From: an uncultured Candidatus Saccharibacteria bacterium
Lineage (GTDB): Bacteria; Patescibacteriota; Minisyncoccia; Phycocordibacterales; UBA918
DNA length: 64,000 bases
Assembly: GCA_964350735.1 (NCBI GenBank)
Contig: CAYGKO010000001.1
Location: 246,578-310,577 of the forward strand
Direction of reading: 5' to 3'
The position numbers and the translations under genes were made by a program. Positions 46,295-55,029 of this stretch are shown piece by piece. Below the pieces are notes generated by a model. That model did no database searches, was not told the origin of the DNA, and saw nothing but the letters and a program-made list of their open reading frames with translations. Each line of letters starts with the position of its first letter. Position 1 is the stretch's first letter.

Positions 46295-47421
46295 AGATGC
46301 GACCTCTCCCGCAACTCTTTTCTGTAGAGTACAGATACTAGTACAAAGCTTATAATCATGAGTAAGAACCACGCGATACATTTTTGTGGTGACACCAGTG
46401 TCCAGACAATTTCTTGGTTAGGATAGAACCAGGTCCCGGTAAATGTACCGATGTTTTCTGCTATCCAAATAAAAAATGATATTAATATAAAACCTAGTAA
46501 CAAAGGCATAGAATATTCTTTAGTAAGCCGGAAATAGACTTTTGTATTCCAGAACAAGACAAAAGCAAAGCAAATTAAAAGGTATCTAAAGTCAAAGATA
46601 AAATGGTGTGTGAAGAAGTTGATATAGATTCCGGCAGCTAGGATATAGGTATATCCAAATTTCGGATAGTTGCTAAAGGAAAGTGAAAGAAGTTTCCACG
46701 CTCGGGCGATATAGCTACCAACAGCTGAATACAGAAAGCCGGTAAATAAAGGAACGGTGGCAACGATAAAAATTGCGTCCTCTGGATAATTCCAAGATTG
46801 GATTGTACTTGAAGTTTTGAATAATTCCATGACAGTGGCCACAATATGAAAACTAAAAATAGCCACAAGCTCTTTAGTTGTCTCTAATTTAAATACTATA
46901 AGTAATATCTGGACAGTAATTGCAAATAGAAAAATATAATCATACCTATACAGACCAGGCAGATCTACATACGTAGTAAATAGTATGAAAAATAATAATA
47001 AAGCGCCAAAAATTGATGCTGCAGCTTGTAGCTTCGCAAACACAACAAGCTCCCGCATTAGGGTGCGAGTGAGTTCCGGGCTTGAGACCACCACATGAAC
47101 ACAGCCAAACACAATAATCCCTAAAATACTAAAAACTATATCGCTGAATGAGAAAGTTCGCTCCAGGCTTAATAATTGAAGTGATTCATCTAACAATTGG
47201 AATAGGATGACTATCGGATAAGCTACCAGCCATAACTTGGTCCACTGCTTACAAAAAAGAGCTAAGGTAAAAGCTAATACGCCAAAGATGAAAAAGTGGC
47301 CCACCTCATCAAACCACACATGATCAATCAGCCAGAGTGGAAACAATCCCTGGTTCGCCATGAAGGTGCCAATTGAATACAGGCATAAAGAAAACAGCAG
47401 TAATAACAAAGATAATTTCAT
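46291..47421 (-). CDS. AT-rich polytopic membrane protein (VanZ-like N-terminal region?)
   Basis: About 11 TM; HVWFDEVGHFFIFGVLAF...LLDESLQ weakly VanZ-like; low GC. Confidence 0.45.
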   Translation of the reverse strand: MKLSLLLLLFSLCLYSIGTFMANQGLFPLWLIDHVWFDEVGHFFIFGVLAFTLALFCKQWTKLWLVAYPIVILFQLLDESLQLLSLERTFSFSDIVFSILGIIVFGCVHVVVSSPELTRTLMRELVVFAKLQAAASIFGALLLFFILFTTYVDLPGLYRYDYIFLFAITVQILLIVFKLETTKELVAIFSFHIVATVMELFKTSSTIQSWNYPEDAIFIVATVPLFTGFLYSAVGSYIARAWKLLSLSFSNYPKFGYTYILAAGIYINFFTHHFIFDFRYLLICFAFVLFWNTKVYFRLTKEYSMPLLLGFILISFFIWIAENIGTFTGTWFYPNQEIVWTLVSPQKCIAWFLLMIISFVLVSVLYRKELRERSHL

Positions 47422-47469
47422 ACTTTGTTATTACTGCCTGTTAACTATATTGGTTGCGAGGTATGTACC

Positions 47470-48144
47470 CTAAATCATTCCTCCCTCAAGTAGTTCATCA
47501 AGGCTCTTTTTCTTTGATTTTTTAGTTTCTGCACCAGCTTTCTTTTCTACGTTCTCTTCTTTCGGCTTAGCTTCTTCTTCGATCACTTTACCTTTTTGGT
47601 ACTTGGCTTTCCCGTCTCGTTCGAGGGTAGTGGTCCAACCTTTAGGGCTTTTCTTCATTTCATCAGCCACCTTGTATTCGATTGGAATAATCTTGAGGAA
47701 TCGCTCGAGCCGCTCTTTTAGAAAAGTGGGCTCCATGTACTTGTAGCGCCCCCACAGAAAGAGGTCTACCTTGACGCGGTGACCTTCAGACAGCCATTCA
47801 GCTGCTCGACGAGCCTTGAGGGCTTGGTCAGCGTCACCAGTTCCGATCTTTACCTGGACACTTTTAGTTTCAGTAACGTGGGACTTGGATTTAACTTCGC
47901 TGGCTTTTCGCTTGGTTTCGTAGCGGTACTGGCCGAAGTCCATGATCTTCGCAACGGGTGGCTTGGCCTTAGGGGAGATCTCAATTAGGTCGAGGTTTAC
48001 CTTGTCAGCAGCGGCGAGGGCTTCTTCGGTGGTCAGGACACCGAGGTTTTCACCTTCACTACCAATCACCCGCAGCTCTTTAGCTCGGATAGCGTTATTG
48101 ATTCGGGTACGGTCTTTTTGTTGGTATCGTGGTTTTTGCTTCAA
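47470..48144 (-). CDS. infC: translation initiation factor IF-3 with Lys/Glu-rich C-terminal extension
   Basis: INNAIRAKELRVIGSEGENLGVLTTEEALAAADKVNLDLIEISPKAKPPVAKIMDFGQYRYE. Confidence 0.9.
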   Translation of the reverse strand: MKQKPRYQQKDRTRINNAIRAKELRVIGSEGENLGVLTTEEALAAADKVNLDLIEISPKAKPPVAKIMDFGQYRYETKRKASEVKSKSHVTETKSVQVKIGTGDADQALKARRAAEWLSEGHRVKVDLFLWGRYKYMEPTFLKERLERFLKIIPIEYKVADEMKKSPKGWTTTLERDGKAKYQKGKVIEEEAKPKEENVEKKAGAETKKSKKKSLDELLEGGMI

Positions 48145-48279
48145 ATGATTTGGTCTTAAGTTATAAGTCTTCAGTGATCGCTGGGCAACGATCGAAGGTG
48201 CTACACGTAGATAGCGCTCCAGTAGTGGTTACTATTGGTGGGCAAAATATAGCACGGTATATCTTTGTATTCAATACTT

Positions 48280-49155
48280 TTAGAGTGGTCGCAATCCAAA
48301 GTTGTTTTGCTGAACGATAGTACTTTCAGTATTTATGATTAGACAGTCGCTGTGTGTCGCAAGCCTAGCCTTAGGTTGAATGGAAAGGGTCGTAGCAAGC
48401 ATGTCTGCTTCTGCGGCTAGGTTGTTGCAAAGAAAGGCAGCGTGCTCTTGTGTAGTTTCTCCAGTTTGTACATGTATAAAGTGAGAGTATTGTTTTCCAG
48501 TGCTTTGATCATTCCATGTTCGCAAGGCTGGACTCGAGGACGCTAGAGCCTGGTGCTCAAGGGTGATTGACCCAATATAAGTTCCCGGTTTAAAGGGGTG
48601 TTCGAGAGTGACGGCAATCGGTTTGCCCTGCTCGGTAGTGCCATACATATCACCACCGCCATTAATTAGAAATTCTTCGATGTGATGAGCTTTTAGCATT
48701 GTAGTAATATCGTCAATCAACCAACCTTTACCAAAGCCACCAAGATCTATTTTCCCCGTAGTTAAAATAATTTCACTCGCAGAAACCCTCAGATCATTAA
48801 GCGGATTTGCGATCGCTACTGGCTTTTGAGCCGAAAAAGAACATGATGCGTCGTAGCCATTAGCTTCCTGGTTTGCTCCGGTCAGGAAATTAAAAATACC
48901 GTCTGTTTGGGTATAGTACTGTTGGCCCAACGTCAGTAACGTAACGAATTCGCTGGAAGGGTTTTGCAGTCGACCAGTAGTATTTAGCTGTGTTAGTAGT
49001 GAGTCGGGCTGAAAACGGGAATAGGTAGCTTCGAATATACGTAAACGGCGACTGATGAGATCAGAGATCTCATCAGTCGCCGTTTCGCTCAGGCTTTCAA
49101 ACAGCTCAATCCACCAGACTGTCCCTAGTGCTTTGATTGGGCCAATTTTTTTCAT
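48280..49155 (-). CDS. apbE: FAD:protein FMN transferase (ApbE family)
   Basis: TGKIDLGGFGKGWLIDDIT...LINGGGDMY...IAV matches the ApbE core motifs. Confidence 0.8.
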   Translation of the reverse strand: MKKIGPIKALGTVWWIELFESLSETATDEISDLISRRLRIFEATYSRFQPDSLLTQLNTTGRLQNPSSEFVTLLTLGQQYYTQTDGIFNFLTGANQEANGYDASCSFSAQKPVAIANPLNDLRVSASEIILTTGKIDLGGFGKGWLIDDITTMLKAHHIEEFLINGGGDMYGTTEQGKPIAVTLEHPFKPGTYIGSITLEHQALASSSPALRTWNDQSTGKQYSHFIHVQTGETTQEHAAFLCNNLAAEADMLATTLSIQPKARLATHSDCLIINTESTIVQQNNFGLRPL

Positions 49156-49157
49156 CT

Positions 49158-49760
49158 CTAACTTCGAGCTTCAACTTCGATAGTGGTAACCGCCTCGTTA
49201 AAAGATTCTGTTGTCAGTGAAGCTCCAGCCACGCGACTTAGTGCCACTTCATCTAGCTGCATTCCAATCACCTCTGTTTTATAGGCTGCATCGAATCGCC
49301 GCTGGTGACTATTACTTGGACCATCACCGTTATCGTACACAATGCTTGAATTTGAGATTACATCGTTCTCAATCGTGACTGTAATATCCATTGAGTGAGA
49401 GCTTCGTGATGGTGTGAGGTAGGACACACTAGTGGTGTAATTACCGTTCACAAAGTTTGTGACTGGGGTAGCTGGGGGAGGGGTAGTAGAGACTGGGTCT
49501 GCTTCTACCACCGGCTCTTCTGATGCTGCCGTATCGATGCTGGTTTCTACAGCCGCCTCAATGACAGCATCCTCACTTGGTTCCGGTGCTGGAACGGGAT
49601 CTGATTGAGTGGCAATTTCTTCAGTTCCAATCTCTTGTTCGGTCCGATTCATTTCCACCGTTGTTTCAACTGAAGTGGGGGCTTCTGGTTCTGAAGTAAA
49701 GAAATAAGCACCAGCTCCAACGGCGAGTACTACGATGACGGCAATGGCTAAAATAGGCAT
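49158..49760 (-). CDS. membrane-anchored FMN-binding domain protein (RnfG/NqrC-like, probable ApbE substrate)
   Basis: N-terminal TM, Pro/Glu/Thr-rich linker, C-terminal FMN_bind-like domain with flavinylation-type motif ...ALSRVAGASLTTESFNEAV. Confidence 0.65.
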   Translation of the reverse strand: MPILAIAVIVVLAVGAGAYFFTSEPEAPTSVETTVEMNRTEQEIGTEEIATQSDPVPAPEPSEDAVIEAAVETSIDTAASEEPVVEADPVSTTPPPATPVTNFVNGNYTTSVSYLTPSRSSHSMDITVTIENDVISNSSIVYDNGDGPSNSHQRRFDAAYKTEVIGMQLDEVALSRVAGASLTTESFNEAVTTIEVEARS

Positions 49761-49835
49761 AATGAATTTAAGTAACTTATGTGAATCAATTTTCTCAGGT
49801 ATTATACGTTTGATTAATTACATTAACAATTAGCT

Positions 49836-51350
49836 ATGTTTCTAGTTACGGGAATAGAACGATTTTTAGATGGAGTCACCATGTACCGGGCGGTATTGTA
49901 CGCACTACTGGTGCTGATTGGGGCGGCTTTGATTTTAGGCTTGATGGATATAGTGGTGTACAGCCCGCTTGAGCAAATAGTCTCGCTAGCTGTCGCAGTC
50001 GGAACCGCTCTTTTGGTAAATTTTGTCTGTGCGAAATTGTGGAAAGTACCAGCAAATCACGAGTCAGTTCTTATCACGGCTGGGATTATTTATTTCTTAT
50101 TCCTACCAACTCTGTTGTGGTCTGAACTGGTCGTTATCGCACTAGCAGTAGTAATTGCTATGGTGTCAAAATATCTCATTGCGTGGCGGAAACAGCATAT
50201 TGTAAATCCAGCCGCTATTGGTGCAGTGGGAGTTGCTTTGCTTGGGTTTGATCCGGCTCTTTGGTGGGTGGGTACTCCGGAGATGTTTTTGCCGATGCTG
50301 GTTGTGGGAGTGTTGGTAGTAATGAAGGTACGAAAATGGACACCGGTGCTAAGTTTCATCAGTGTTGGATTTTTGGTGTACAGCTTAGAGGCACTGCGGT
50401 TTGGGCTCAGCCCAATAACGGAAGCTCCAGCCTACTTCTTATCGTGGCCGACGTTGTTCTTGGCCACCATTATGCTCACGGAGCCATTCACCATGCCGCC
50501 GACTAAGAAATTACAGATGGTCTACGGGGGTTTGGTTGGAGTACTCTCGAGCACGACACTTCTCAGTGGGTTGGTAGCAATGACACCAGAACTGGCGTTG
50601 GTGGTTGGTAATATAGCGATGTATTCGTTTACCTTGCGACAAAAACTGATACTGACCCTGATCGAAACCAGGACTATTGCTACTGACACACTAGAGTTTG
50701 TCTTTAAGAAACCAGCAGGCCTACATTTTAAAGCGGGACAATACTTAGAGTGGACCGTTGGACATGAAGGGGCTGACAAGCGAGGGATTCGTCGTTACTT
50801 TACGATTGCTTCCAGTCCAACTGAATCTACCGTTCACTTGGCCGCTCGTTTTGTGCCTGAAGGTAGTACGTACAAAAAAGCCCTCAAGACGCTACAGCCC
50901 GGAGACACAATCGTCGCCAGTCAGTTGGCCGGAGATTTTGTATTACCAACAGACCAATCAGTAAAATGCGCATTGGTAGCTGGAGGGATTGGAGTAACGC
51001 CGTTTCGTAGTCATATAAAAGAGTGGCTCGATACTAATTCACAGCGCGATATCACTCTGTACTACTGCAATAACACTGAAGCAGATATTGCGTATACCGA
51101 TATTCTCACCGCTGCACATGAGCGGGAGAACTTTGCGTTGGTGCAGGTACTGGGTAAGGAAGAACGAGCTGGCATGGAGCATGGCTATATCACCTCAGAG
51201 ATGATTGTCCGGCGCACACCAGACTGGAATGAACGCACGTGGTACCTGTCGGGGCCGCCGCCAATGGTGCATGCGTACTCTAAGCTTTTACTTGATATGG
51301 GTCTTAGTCGACATCAAGTAGTCAAAGACTTTTTCCCTGGACTGGCATAA
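49836..51350 (+). CDS. polytopic membrane domain fused to a ferredoxin-NADP reductase-type FAD/NAD(P)-binding module
   Basis: About 270 aa N-terminal with 6-8 TM, then RRYFTIASSP (RxYS FAD motif) and VAGGIGVTPF (NAD(P) motif), C-terminal GPPPMV. Confidence 0.7.
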   Translation: MFLVTGIERFLDGVTMYRAVLYALLVLIGAALILGLMDIVVYSPLEQIVSLAVAVGTALLVNFVCAKLWKVPANHESVLITAGIIYFLFLPTLLWSELVVIALAVVIAMVSKYLIAWRKQHIVNPAAIGAVGVALLGFDPALWWVGTPEMFLPMLVVGVLVVMKVRKWTPVLSFISVGFLVYSLEALRFGLSPITEAPAYFLSWPTLFLATIMLTEPFTMPPTKKLQMVYGGLVGVLSSTTLLSGLVAMTPELALVVGNIAMYSFTLRQKLILTLIETRTIATDTLEFVFKKPAGLHFKAGQYLEWTVGHEGADKRGIRRYFTIASSPTESTVHLAARFVPEGSTYKKALKTLQPGDTIVASQLAGDFVLPTDQSVKCALVAGGIGVTPFRSHIKEWLDTNSQRDITLYYCNNTEADIAYTDILTAAHERENFALVQVLGKEERAGMEHGYITSEMIVRRTPDWNERTWYLSGPPPMVHAYSKLLLDMGLSRHQVVKDFFPGLA

Positions 51351-51363
51351 CTAATGTAGTAAA

Positions 51364-51398
51364 AGAACGACAGAAGCTGGGCTTCTGTCGGTCTTTTT
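51364..51398 (+). terminator. rho-independent terminator
   Basis: AGAACGACAGAAGC-tggg-CTTCTGTCGGTCTTTTT. Confidence 0.8.
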
Positions 51399-51415
51399 AC
51401 GTTATACTATTTAGT

Positions 51416-51982
51416 ATGATTTGGCTCAAAAACCTCGTACTCGAATTAGGCCCGCTCGTACTCTTTTTTGTTGCAGACGCCTACATTGGGTTTTTCCCGG
51501 CGGTTGCAGTGTTGATTGTGAGTACGCTCCTTACACTTCTGTATACCTGGTATGGAGAAGGGAGACTCCCGTACTTCGCTTTATTCACGGCTGTAACGGT
51601 CGGGGTGTTTGGCGGACTCAGTATTGCATTCGGCGACGCTGATTGGTTTATCATTTCCGACACTTTTTTGGATATTGGGTTCGCATTGGCGTTGTACGCT
51701 AGTCTTTGGTTTAAAAAACCACTGTTACAAATACTATTTGAATCTTCGTTTGCTATTACTGACCGGGCTTGGCGTATCCTCACCATTCGCTGGACGATAC
51801 TTTTCTTAGGTTTGGCGATTGCTAGTGAGGCTATTCGACAACTGTACTCAGTTGATACGTGGGTACAATTTAAAGCCTTGTCAGTCTTTGTTATTCTCGC
51901 ATTTGGTTGTTATCAATTCACCTTGTCACGAAAAGAGCGTTTACCAGAAGTTTCAAATGACTGGGGTTTACGAGTCAGATAG
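51416..51982 (+). CDS. YciB/IspZ-family inner membrane protein
   Basis: Pattern GPLVLFFVADAYIG...LIVSTLLTLLYTW...VGVFGGLSIAF...WFKKPLL parallels E. coli YciB throughout; TTATACT 8 nt upstream of the ATG. Confidence 0.55.
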   Translation: MIWLKNLVLELGPLVLFFVADAYIGFFPAVAVLIVSTLLTLLYTWYGEGRLPYFALFTAVTVGVFGGLSIAFGDADWFIISDTFLDIGFALALYASLWFKKPLLQILFESSFAITDRAWRILTIRWTILFLGLAIASEAIRQLYSVDTWVQFKALSVFVILAFGCYQFTLSRKERLPEVSNDWGLRVR

Positions 51983-52834
51983 TTTTTTTGGTAGCCAGGG
52001 AATGAAGTAGTTGGTAGTCGCCATGTACTTTTTATATTCCTCTGGATATTTCTCTAAGAAAATATCTTCGAGCATTGGTCCAGTTACTTTGGTCAAAATA
52101 AAAGTGATCAAGAGTGGTGAGAGGAGCGCCAAAAAGCCGTACTGAAAAGGGAAGGCAATGATTGCCAAGCCCCACCAGATGAGTGATTCACCAAAGTAGT
52201 TTGGCCGTCGGGAGTAGCGAAACAAACCAGCTGTCATTAGGGTCTTTTCTTCAGTGCCAGCGATCTTACGTTTAATAAACTGATCGAGTTGCCAGTCGGC
52301 TGTTGTTTCAAGTAGGAGGCCCAGTAGCCAAATGCCAATCCCGGCATACATCAGTATAGAGATGCTAGTCGCTGGACCAGCTATCTCCGCTGCGATCACG
52401 AGTATCATTGGTAGTGACACCAGCACAATGATAATGCCTTGCAGAATATTGATCTGTAAGTAGCTGCGCAATAAAAAGTACAACCACCCTCGTTGCATCC
52501 ACTTAGTGCGCCAATTTTTGTACCGCTGATCCTCAGGTTTCCCCCAATTTTTTCGTCCGATTCGAATCCCAAGGCGTAGCGCCCAGACGGTTACTAAAAT
52601 AGCGACAATTATTGTGATCGGAGTCAGGGTGTTGGTTAATAAAATTGTGGCCCAGGTACTGACTGCAAAAGCCGGTCCGTATGATATGTCCATAACACTG
52701 TTGTCTTGGCGGGCTTGAGCTATCAAGAACACCCCCGTTACATATATAAGTGTACAGAGCGCAAAAATCCCTAACGTCAGTAAAAAGAACACATCAATGC
52801 CGAATAACGAAAGATCTGGAGAAGTAAGAATCAT
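51968..52834 (-). CDS. DUF1295 / steroid-5-alpha-reductase-like membrane protein (ICMT/PEMT superfamily)
   Basis: GLFRYSRRPNYFGESLIWWGLAI carries the RHPxYxG-type motif of this superfamily; polytopic. Confidence 0.6.
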   Translation of the reverse strand: MILTSPDLSLFGIDVFFLLTLGIFALCTLIYVTGVFLIAQARQDNSVMDISYGPAFAVSTWATILLTNTLTPITIIVAILVTVWALRLGIRIGRKNWGKPEDQRYKNWRTKWMQRGWLYFLLRSYLQINILQGIIIVLVSLPMILVIAAEIAGPATSISILMYAGIGIWLLGLLLETTADWQLDQFIKRKIAGTEEKTLMTAGLFRYSRRPNYFGESLIWWGLAIIAFPFQYGFLALLSPLLITFILTKVTGPMLEDIFLEKYPEEYKKYMATTNYFIPWLPKKLSDS

Positions 52835-52891
52835 CTTATTTGTGGTTAGCTGCTATAGATTCATTCTAGCAGATGCTACAATAGCTGACAT

Positions 52892-53599
52892 ATGCCCCGG
52901 GCACAGGCACGTTCTACAGAGAATGAAACCACAGTAAATACAGTGGCGGCTAAAAGACGTGCGCCCCGGAAGACTGCAGCCAAAAAAGCGGTAGTAAAAA
53001 AGACGACCAAGAAAGTGGCTGCCAAAAAAGTAGTCCGAAAAAAAGTAGTTAAGAAAGTAGTAAAGCGTTCTGTTGAACGTAAGGCGCCGACCGACGGTTT
53101 AGTTAGTAAAAAACGAGTGGCTATTAATTGGCTGTATATTATTCCAACAGTAGCGGTAGTTTTAGTGATTGCTGCCTCAGTTGCGATCGGATCAACGGAT
53201 GATGGAGTAATAAATGTTGATACTGTAGTGGCAGAAAAAATTGCGCAACGAGAAGCACGACAAGAAGCATTGGAGGCTGAAGGTAAGTCGGAAGAATTTG
53301 CGGAGGAAGAAATCGCACCAGTCGCCACTGGACGTCCAGATGTGCCCGATGGTGGTCTACGGGGACTGGGACAGAGTGCTGCCAAGCCAAAACCACCGAC
53401 GCCAACAGCAAGTACAACAGAAGCCGCAAGCACTACTGCATCGAGTGCAACCGCAAGCTCAACTGATGCTGGAGGAGAGGATATAGAAACCGAAGTTCAA
53501 AACGATGAAGTGACAGAGGAAGGTTCTGACGCTGAAGAGCAAGTAATACCAGAGGAGTCTGAGTCAGGGGTGGCAACGAGCAGTGATCCTACGATTTAG
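52892..53599 (+). CDS. membrane-anchored histone H1-like lysine-rich protein
   Basis: N-terminal AAKRRAPRKTAAKKAVVKKTTKKVAAKKVVRKKVVKKVVKR (H1/Hc1/AlgP-like KKxx repeats), one TM helix, acidic Ser/Thr-rich C-terminal tail; TACAAT -10 upstream. Confidence 0.6.
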   Translation: MPRAQARSTENETTVNTVAAKRRAPRKTAAKKAVVKKTTKKVAAKKVVRKKVVKKVVKRSVERKAPTDGLVSKKRVAINWLYIIPTVAVVLVIAASVAIGSTDDGVINVDTVVAEKIAQREARQEALEAEGKSEEFAEEEIAPVATGRPDVPDGGLRGLGQSAAKPKPPTPTASTTEAASTTASSATASSTDAGGEDIETEVQNDEVTEEGSDAEEQVIPEESESGVATSSDPTI

Positions 53600-54000
53600 T
53601 TTTTTTGGCATTTAGCACACCGACACCCCTCGGGTCCGATGATGTCACGAACATACATTTTGCCGTAGCTGTAGGTAATTTCATCTCCAGCCTTTATGTT
53701 TTTACAGGCTCGTATATAAATTCTATTTTCCTCTTCATCGTGTTCGGCTTCGGCGTTGGGGATACATGAGTGGTTGGCGTAACGGGCAATATTCTCGCGC
53801 CCTTTACCATCGATAACCAGATCGTCAGTCACTTCAAATAGATAGCGTCCACCGCGTTTATTGGCTTCTGCTTCCGTGATTCGTTCACCGGTGTACTCAA
53901 TAATCAGCTGCTCTTTTGGTATAGCTTCAGCCGCAAAAAGTCCTAGTCCAGCACTAGATCGCTTCACTGCAACTTTTGGTCGGTATGAATCATCTGACAT
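53596..54000 (-). CDS. SET-domain protein lysine methyltransferase
   Basis: GRYLFEV...IDG...GNIARYANHSCIPN...ITYSYG and post-SET CRCAKC. Confidence 0.85.
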   Translation of the reverse strand: MSDDSYRPKVAVKRSSAGLGLFAAEAIPKEQLIIEYTGERITEAEANKRGGRYLFEVTDDLVIDGKGRENIARYANHSCIPNAEAEHDEEENRIYIRACKNIKAGDEITYSYGKMYVRDIIGPEGCRCAKCQKN

Positions 54001-54023
54001 AGTGACGGCCAGTATAACAAAAT

Positions 54024-54557
54024 TTATTGTTGCTCAATAATTAAAGACAAGAGCTCAATTAGCTTAATTAATAAAGCTCGCTTCTGGTTCATTTCTGTAT
54101 CTGGAACTCTGAACAATAGATCTATCTCAGAGAGTGGTGTTGCGTATTGGGTAGAATCATCCAAGTTGTTGATAGAACGTATTGGGGCGCTTTCAGTTTG
54201 GGGGTTAGTAGTTAGAGTGCTCACACTGTTAATTTCTTTTTCTAATTGGGTCAAAATTTGCTCAACTGTACTAATGTCCGTAAAGGCACGTTGGTAGGAT
54301 TCTGTAGCAAATGATTCCTGAGCTTCGCTGAGAGCCGCCTCAGCGTCAGCAAGAGTATCTTCAAAATTAGTTATAGAGACGTCGTCATCTGCAAGTGCGG
54401 TGAGTAGGTCATCATAGTTAGCAATTTCTTGAGTTACTTCTATGAGTGATTCACGTACAGTTTCGAGTGCTGTTTGAGCTTGTGTATATAAAGGTGTAGC
54501 GAGAGCTACTAAGCAAAATAAAAGAAACGGTTGTAAACAAATTTGGTTTTTTGGCAT
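54024..54557 (-). CDS. secreted acidic alpha-helical protein
   Basis: Signal peptide MPKNQICLQPFLLFCLVALATPLYTQA; Asp/Glu/Thr-rich. Confidence 0.5.
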   Translation of the reverse strand: MPKNQICLQPFLLFCLVALATPLYTQAQTALETVRESLIEVTQEIANYDDLLTALADDDVSITNFEDTLADAEAALSEAQESFATESYQRAFTDISTVEQILTQLEKEINSVSTLTTNPQTESAPIRSINNLDDSTQYATPLSEIDLLFRVPDTEMNQKRALLIKLIELLSLIIEQQ

Positions 54558-54605
54558 AGGTCGGTACTATAGTAGGTACGTAATACTAACAGACGAAACA
54601 TATCT

Positions 54606-54980
54606 ATGGCTATCTTTGGATCTAAAAAAATTTTAATTGTTGAGGATGAAGCTGAACTTAGGGAGGCAATGACAATGGTGCTTAAAAAAGAGGGGTATGA
54701 AGCTGAGAGTATTTCAATTGGTACCCAGTTCCCGGGGGCGGTGGTGAATTTTAAGCCAGATTTGATTATTCTCGATATTTCGCTACCAGGATTAAATGGA
54801 GTAGATGCGCTGCGGCTTCTACGGACAGAGATGGACCAGACAGTGCCGGTGTTTGTGTTTACCAACATGAAATTAGATGCAGAACGGGCGGCATTAATCG
54901 AACAATTACAGGGTGTGTATTTGGATAAGTCTGGCACCAGTCTGGCTGAGTTACTTGAGAAAGTAAAAGAAGTTATATAA
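54606..54980 (+). CDS. stand-alone response-regulator receiver (CheY-like) domain
   Basis: KKILIVEDEAELRE...DLIILDISLPGLNG...VFVFTN. Confidence 0.8.
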   Translation: MAIFGSKKILIVEDEAELREAMTMVLKKEGYEAESISIGTQFPGAVVNFKPDLIILDISLPGLNGVDALRLLRTEMDQTVPVFVFTNMKLDAERAALIEQLQGVYLDKSGTSLAELLEKVKEVI

Positions 54981-54981
54981 A

Positions 54982-55018
54982 TAAAAAAACCGCACGCCGA
55001 TATGGCGCGCGGTTTTTT
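54982..55018. terminator. bidirectional rho-independent terminator
   Basis: AAAAAAACCGCaCGCC-gatat-GGCGCGCGGTTTTTT. Confidence 0.8.
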
Positions 55019-55029
55019 ATACTTACAAT

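Noticed and set aside
52876-53433. Minus-strand ORFs 52876..53433 and 53139..53429 opposite the H1-like gene
   Set aside because: The plus-strand frame gives a coherent KKxx-repeat/TM/acidic-tail architecture with a TACAAT promoter; the antisense frames are low-complexity.
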